Source: the human T2T-CHM13v2.0 reference genome, Homo sapiens
Reading direction: 5' to 3' (one strand)
Assembly (NCBI RefSeq): GCF_009914755.1
Contig: NC_060930.1
DNA: 64,000 nt
Under the pieces are notes generated by a model. The model did not search any database. It saw only the letters and a list, made by a program, of their open reading frames with translations, and was not told the origin of the DNA. Below are positions 59,557 through 64,000 of the stretch, one piece after another. Made by a program: the position numbers and the translations under genes. Positions within the stretch are counted from its first letter, which is position 1, and each line of letters opens with the position of its first letter.

Positions 59557-60439
59557 TGCTTTGCTTCCATATAGCTTCACATGTCAACCTTAACTCTATT
59601 TGTCCTTCACAATTTGACATCATTTCCTTATCAAGCTTATTTTTGAATTACTTTCAACTCTCCTCAAACAAGAGTAAGATTGGAACTTACCTTGCCAGAA
59701 GAATATGCATAAGCTCCCTAAACTGATCTCTTGCCCAACCACTGCCCTTCACATAGCTAATTGCAACCCATCTGTCACAAAGCAGCTTAGAATTGTGTTG
59801 TCTAGTACACTTTCCTGGAGCCCATCAGTCTGTGTTGATTGTTTGTTTCCTTCCTCCAGTTGATAGTGGGAACACTTCAGCGATACTGCCTTTCTGTCTA
59901 GTATCTAAGTCACCCAGCATCATGGTGCCTACTATTACATGCTTAAAAAATTGTTTACGAATAAATTGTTAGATGAGGCTTATGGTTGTAAAACTGCACA
60001 TTAATCACAGAAATGAATTTACAAGGCAATTTGGAGAGAGATTTGAGTTGGCTTTATGTTTCCTTATGAATGTCAAAACTGAATGCATGGAGGAGTCAAT
60101 CCACTTTGGATGATACATTCAGTAGCGACTTTAGTGTCTCCTCAGATGTATAAATAAGTCAAAATTCAAGACTTCCCTTGATCCAGAGAATGACATGGAC
60201 CATTATTTGAGAGACATAAATTATGTTCAATTTTCACATGTCACATCTCCGTATTGACCTGCTTCTGACTGAATTTTTTTTTAGGATATACTTTTCCGAT
60301 ATCTTAGACACCAATAACAGATTTTGGAATATGAAAATTGTCTTTGCTTTCCTGAAGAGCATCATACCTAGATGGGAAAAGCTACATGCTTATATTTACT
60401 CTGGGAGCTATTGGTGAGAGAGAGAGAAAGAGAGAGATT

Positions 60440-61038
60440 CCTTTATATATAAAATATTTAAAATATATTTATATATAATATATATTATATATAATCTTTT
60501 AAAAATGTATATATAAATATATTTTAAATCTTTTCACACAGATGACATTTTGTTGATCCTTAAATGCTGAAAATTTAGAAATTTGTGAAATTTGTGAAAT
60601 TTAGAAATTTGTGAAAGCTGTCTAAAATATATAAATATATTTTATATTTTAAATTATAATATAATATTTATATATTATATATTATTATATATAACATATT
60701 ATATATAATACATATTATATTTCCAGCTTCACCCATGTTATTATATATATTATATATATTATATATATAATATATATAATATATATTATATATATAATAT
60801 ATAACATATTATGTTATATATTACATATATATATTATGTTATATATAATACATATTATATATAACATATTATATATAATATATATATTATATGTTTTATA
60901 TATATATTATATATATAAATATATACGTATTATATATAATATGTATTATATATATTAAAATATATTTATATACATTTTAGAAAGCTTTCACAAGCTTATT
61001 TTCAGCATTTAAGGATTAACAAAATGTCATCTGTGTGA
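60440..61038. repeat. AT-rich low-complexity region bounded by inverted repeats
   Basis: 41-bp arms 60534-60574 and 60998-61038 (1 mismatch), plus inner arms 60609-60644 and 60956-60993. Confidence 0.92.
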
Positions 61039-61129
61039 CTCTAATCACATCATTGTTTCCTCTAGAAAATGGTGGGGAGGGGCAGATATTCCAGATGCTT
61101 GAGCAGTATCATTAAATCTGAAAAGTAAA

Positions 61130-61350
61130 ACAGTTCAGGGTTCATAGGAATAAGCTTTGGAATAAGCCACTCTGTGTTTCAAATCCTGGCTTTCCCAATT
61201 CTCAATTCCTATCTGTATGACCTTGACCTCTCTGAGGCCCAATGCTCTCTAAAATAGAAATGGTGCTTTGTGCTATACAGGCCTATTGTGAGGATTAAAT
61301 GAGCTGATATAGGTAATGCTATGTCAGTGCCTAGCAAGTATTCAAAGAAC
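61130..61350 (+). mobile_element. MIR
   Basis: gctttggaat...ttcaaatcctggct...ctgtatgaccttg...ttgtgaggattaaatgag...cagtgcctagca. Confidence 0.8.
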
Positions 61351-62409
61351 CATTTTCTAAAAGCAACTGTTTATGTTATTATGTGTCCCCATGCCAGCTT
61401 TTTTTTTCCAATTCTCTATAATTACATATTATGTTATATTTTGGAGCTGAAAAAGGAAAAATTCAGAAAAAATGAAATCTTAATAAAGAAGGCAAGAGTA
61501 CTCCATCCTGAAAAGACTGAAGGACAGGAGAAATTAGATACACAGCTTAAGCAAAAATTCCCCCTGCTAGGAGAGAAAGTGCACAAATGCTGAGGGAAGA
61601 CTGCAGAGGATAAGTGCTCCCACACATCCAGGCTGACATGTCACTGATGTCTGATGTCACCTATACCTCTCTTCCTTGTATAAGAAGGGGCAGCTCCAGG
61701 CACAGTGCATCAAACACTGCTGTACAATGGCTCTGGCTCCCTTGTGGACCAGAAAGAAGCAGATGTTTCTGGTTGGGAGTTGGGAAATGATCAGCCACCT
61801 TCTCCCTGGGCCCTGGCACCTTCCTCTTCCACAAGTGACAAAGGACCTCAGACTCTTCTCTTTCACTGTCTACCCCTGACCAGCTCTGCCCTGGACAGTC
61901 CCCTTCCAAAGCCAAAGGCAGCCCCAATCCACAGTTGTCAGGTACACTCACCTGGGGAGTCTGTGCAGCATGCCTCTGGGTGGCTGCTCTGGCAGAGCAG
62001 CACCAACCAGGGCCTGTTTATATTTCCCCAAGTCCCAGTGCTCATGGGCAACTCTCACTGGTGTCACAATGTCAATATCATAAGTTTTGGCTTTGCAAGG
62101 GAAAAGGGGTCCTTCTGCATGATGTCAATCCCTGGGTACAACTCTGCATTCTCCCTGCTGCTCCATAATTTGCTGAACCCAGAAACATCTTGATCCTAAT
62201 TATAGTAAATGTGCAGTAACAAGTAGAAGGCACTGTAATGAGGAACAGTTTACTAAGGAGCCTGGGTTTCTTGATTTTTATTTTATTCTCATCCCATCTC
62301 CTCCATTCACCACCAAAGCTCAGGAACCAATTTGGAAGAAACATCTGAGAATCTTATCACTTTCTGAACATTTTAAAAGTATACTCTACATTAATAATGA
62401 AAGATCATC

Positions 62410-62600
62410 AAGTGCTAGAATCAAGGGCTACCGTTGGGGTATGGTGTCTAGAACATGGCAGAAGGGGGGCTTCTGGGGTGCTAGTATTGTCTGTTTCTTG
62501 ATCTGAGTGCCGGTTGTATGCAAATGAATTAGTTTATACAATTTATTGAGATATTCACTTGTGATTTATTCATTTCTTTGTAAGTATATTTCTTTTAAAA
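62410..62600 (+). mobile_element. L1ME 3' end fragment
   Basis: ggggcttctggggtgctagtattgtctgtttcttgatctgagtgccggtt. Confidence 0.65.
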
Positions 62601-63089
62601 GTTTACTGCCAAATAAAATCCACTGCCACTGCCTCCAGCAGCTCATGTTCTGGAGCCACAGCCTAGATCTAGCTGAGTAGGTTGTGTGCAGCCCTGGCTA
62701 TCAGAGTTAAACATTCGTGCTGGGTCCCTAATACTATTTCCAGATATGGTTCCATTAGAAAATAAATGTATTCAAGGAGAGGAAGGCAGCTGATTTTGAT
62801 ATCCACCAACCAGCAATGTGGCCTAGCTTAAATAATCATTCTCTGGTCTCCATGCATACCCTTCCCTTCTGAGGGGGCAGTATAGTTCCTCCTGCGAAGG
62901 AATGTGCTGAAGTGAGTGGAAGTGGCTGAAACCTAAAGTTCAAGTAAATATTTTTCTAGCCACAAGAGCATTGTTCTTGTGTCAGCTGAGTTACGTAAGT
63001 GGTAGTAAAAAAAAATGAGGGAAGAGGGGAGAACTTCTAATCCTGTCCAGAAGAACTGACCTGGGAGTCCATGTTGAGGCTCCATGCCT

Positions 63090-63478
63090 CCAGCCTCACA
63101 TTCTGTAGGTCAGATGTTCAGTGGTCTTGGCTGGTTTTTCTGCTTCAGTTGTTAGAAGGCTGAAGTCAAGGTGTTGGCTAATTTGAGATTTATCTGGAGG
63201 CTCCGGGGGGAATCTGTTTCTAAGCTTAATTAGGCTATTGACAGAATTCAGTTCCCTGTGTTGGTAGAACTGAAGTTCACTTTTTTCTTGCTATTAGCCA
63301 GGAACGTCTGTTATATCCTTTAGGCTGCCTGTATTCCTCATCATGTTGGCCACTTCTTCAAAGAATGAACGATGCACGAAGAATCTTTCTGACTTCCCTT
63401 TTTGTCTCATCTCTTGCTTCTAAACAGAGAAAGTTCTGTTTTTAAGAATTTATGTGATTACACTGGGCTCATCCTGAT
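63090..63478 (-). mobile_element. MLT1 (C/D-like) LTR fragment
   Basis: ttctgtaggtcagatgt...aaggctgaagtcaaggtgttggc...atgtgattacactgggctca. Confidence 0.7.
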
Positions 63479-64000
63479 AGTTTCTTTATGGTTAAACTAA
63501 GGTTATGAGTTTGTGGGGAGAATACCACAGAGGTAAAGTATCCTTCTCATCACATCTGTTACGGACTGAATTGTCCATATGGGGAATTGTCTTTCCACAA
63601 ATTTCATATGTTGAAATCCCTACCTTCAATGTGATGGTATTTGAGGGCGGGGCCACTGGGAGGTAAGCATTTATGGCATTAATATTTCAAATGTCGAGAT
63701 GATTTTGCAAGATATCCCTCAATTTTACCCTCATTTAACATATGGTTCTCTGGATTTTTAGCAGACTCCTTGAAGGGGCTTTTTCTTTCAACCCATTCAA
63801 ATCATCTAAGTGGAGTTATAAGATCAATTTAATAAGCTTCTAGAAATAAGAGCAAGGTGGGAAGATACAACAGAGTGAGAAGAGAGAAGAGAGGGAAAGG
63901 GAGAGAGAAAGGGAGAGGGGAAGGGTTGGTGGAGAGAGAGAATCAAAGTTGTCCACAGAAGTTAATAAAAAGGGAATCGAAAAGAGAGTCTGATGGTTGT

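Overview
Primate, most likely human, intergenic DNA made up mostly of interspersed repeats. There is no intact protein-coding gene; almost every listed ORF is a spurious frame or an L1/Alu fragment. The functional core is an intact intron-containing tRNA-Ile(TAT) gene (42842-42935, +) at the edge of a CpG-island promoter with ETS motifs. A vomeronasal type-1 receptor pseudogene lies at ~55950-56875 (-). From memory, and not verified, this tRNA sequence and its spacing to the V1R pseudogene match human 6p22.2 (TRI-TAT2-2 / LINC00240 / VN1R12P region). The rest is nested transposon archaeology. A ~13 kb MER65-like ERV1 provirus (4793-17973, -) keeps a PBS, PPT and env TM remnant and carries several nested L1/Alu/MST insertions. 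A near-full-length old L1MA element (~29030-41890) hosts Alus, a full-length L1PA5/6, an MST LTR and a MER4 LTR. I found no convincing new biological system. The most unusual structures are: an Alu+full-length L1+short 3' tag bounded by one TSD; a probable Alu-L1 chimera; a TSD-less AluYa5-type fragment; an L1 with both ends but no middle; an LTR with internal ERV sequence on both sides; an orphan CpG-rich patch at ~25.1 kb; and an AT-rich palindrome holding a 20-nt templated copy of a nearby L1. Repeat subfamily names come from recalled consensus sequences and need RepeatMasker/Dfam confirmation.
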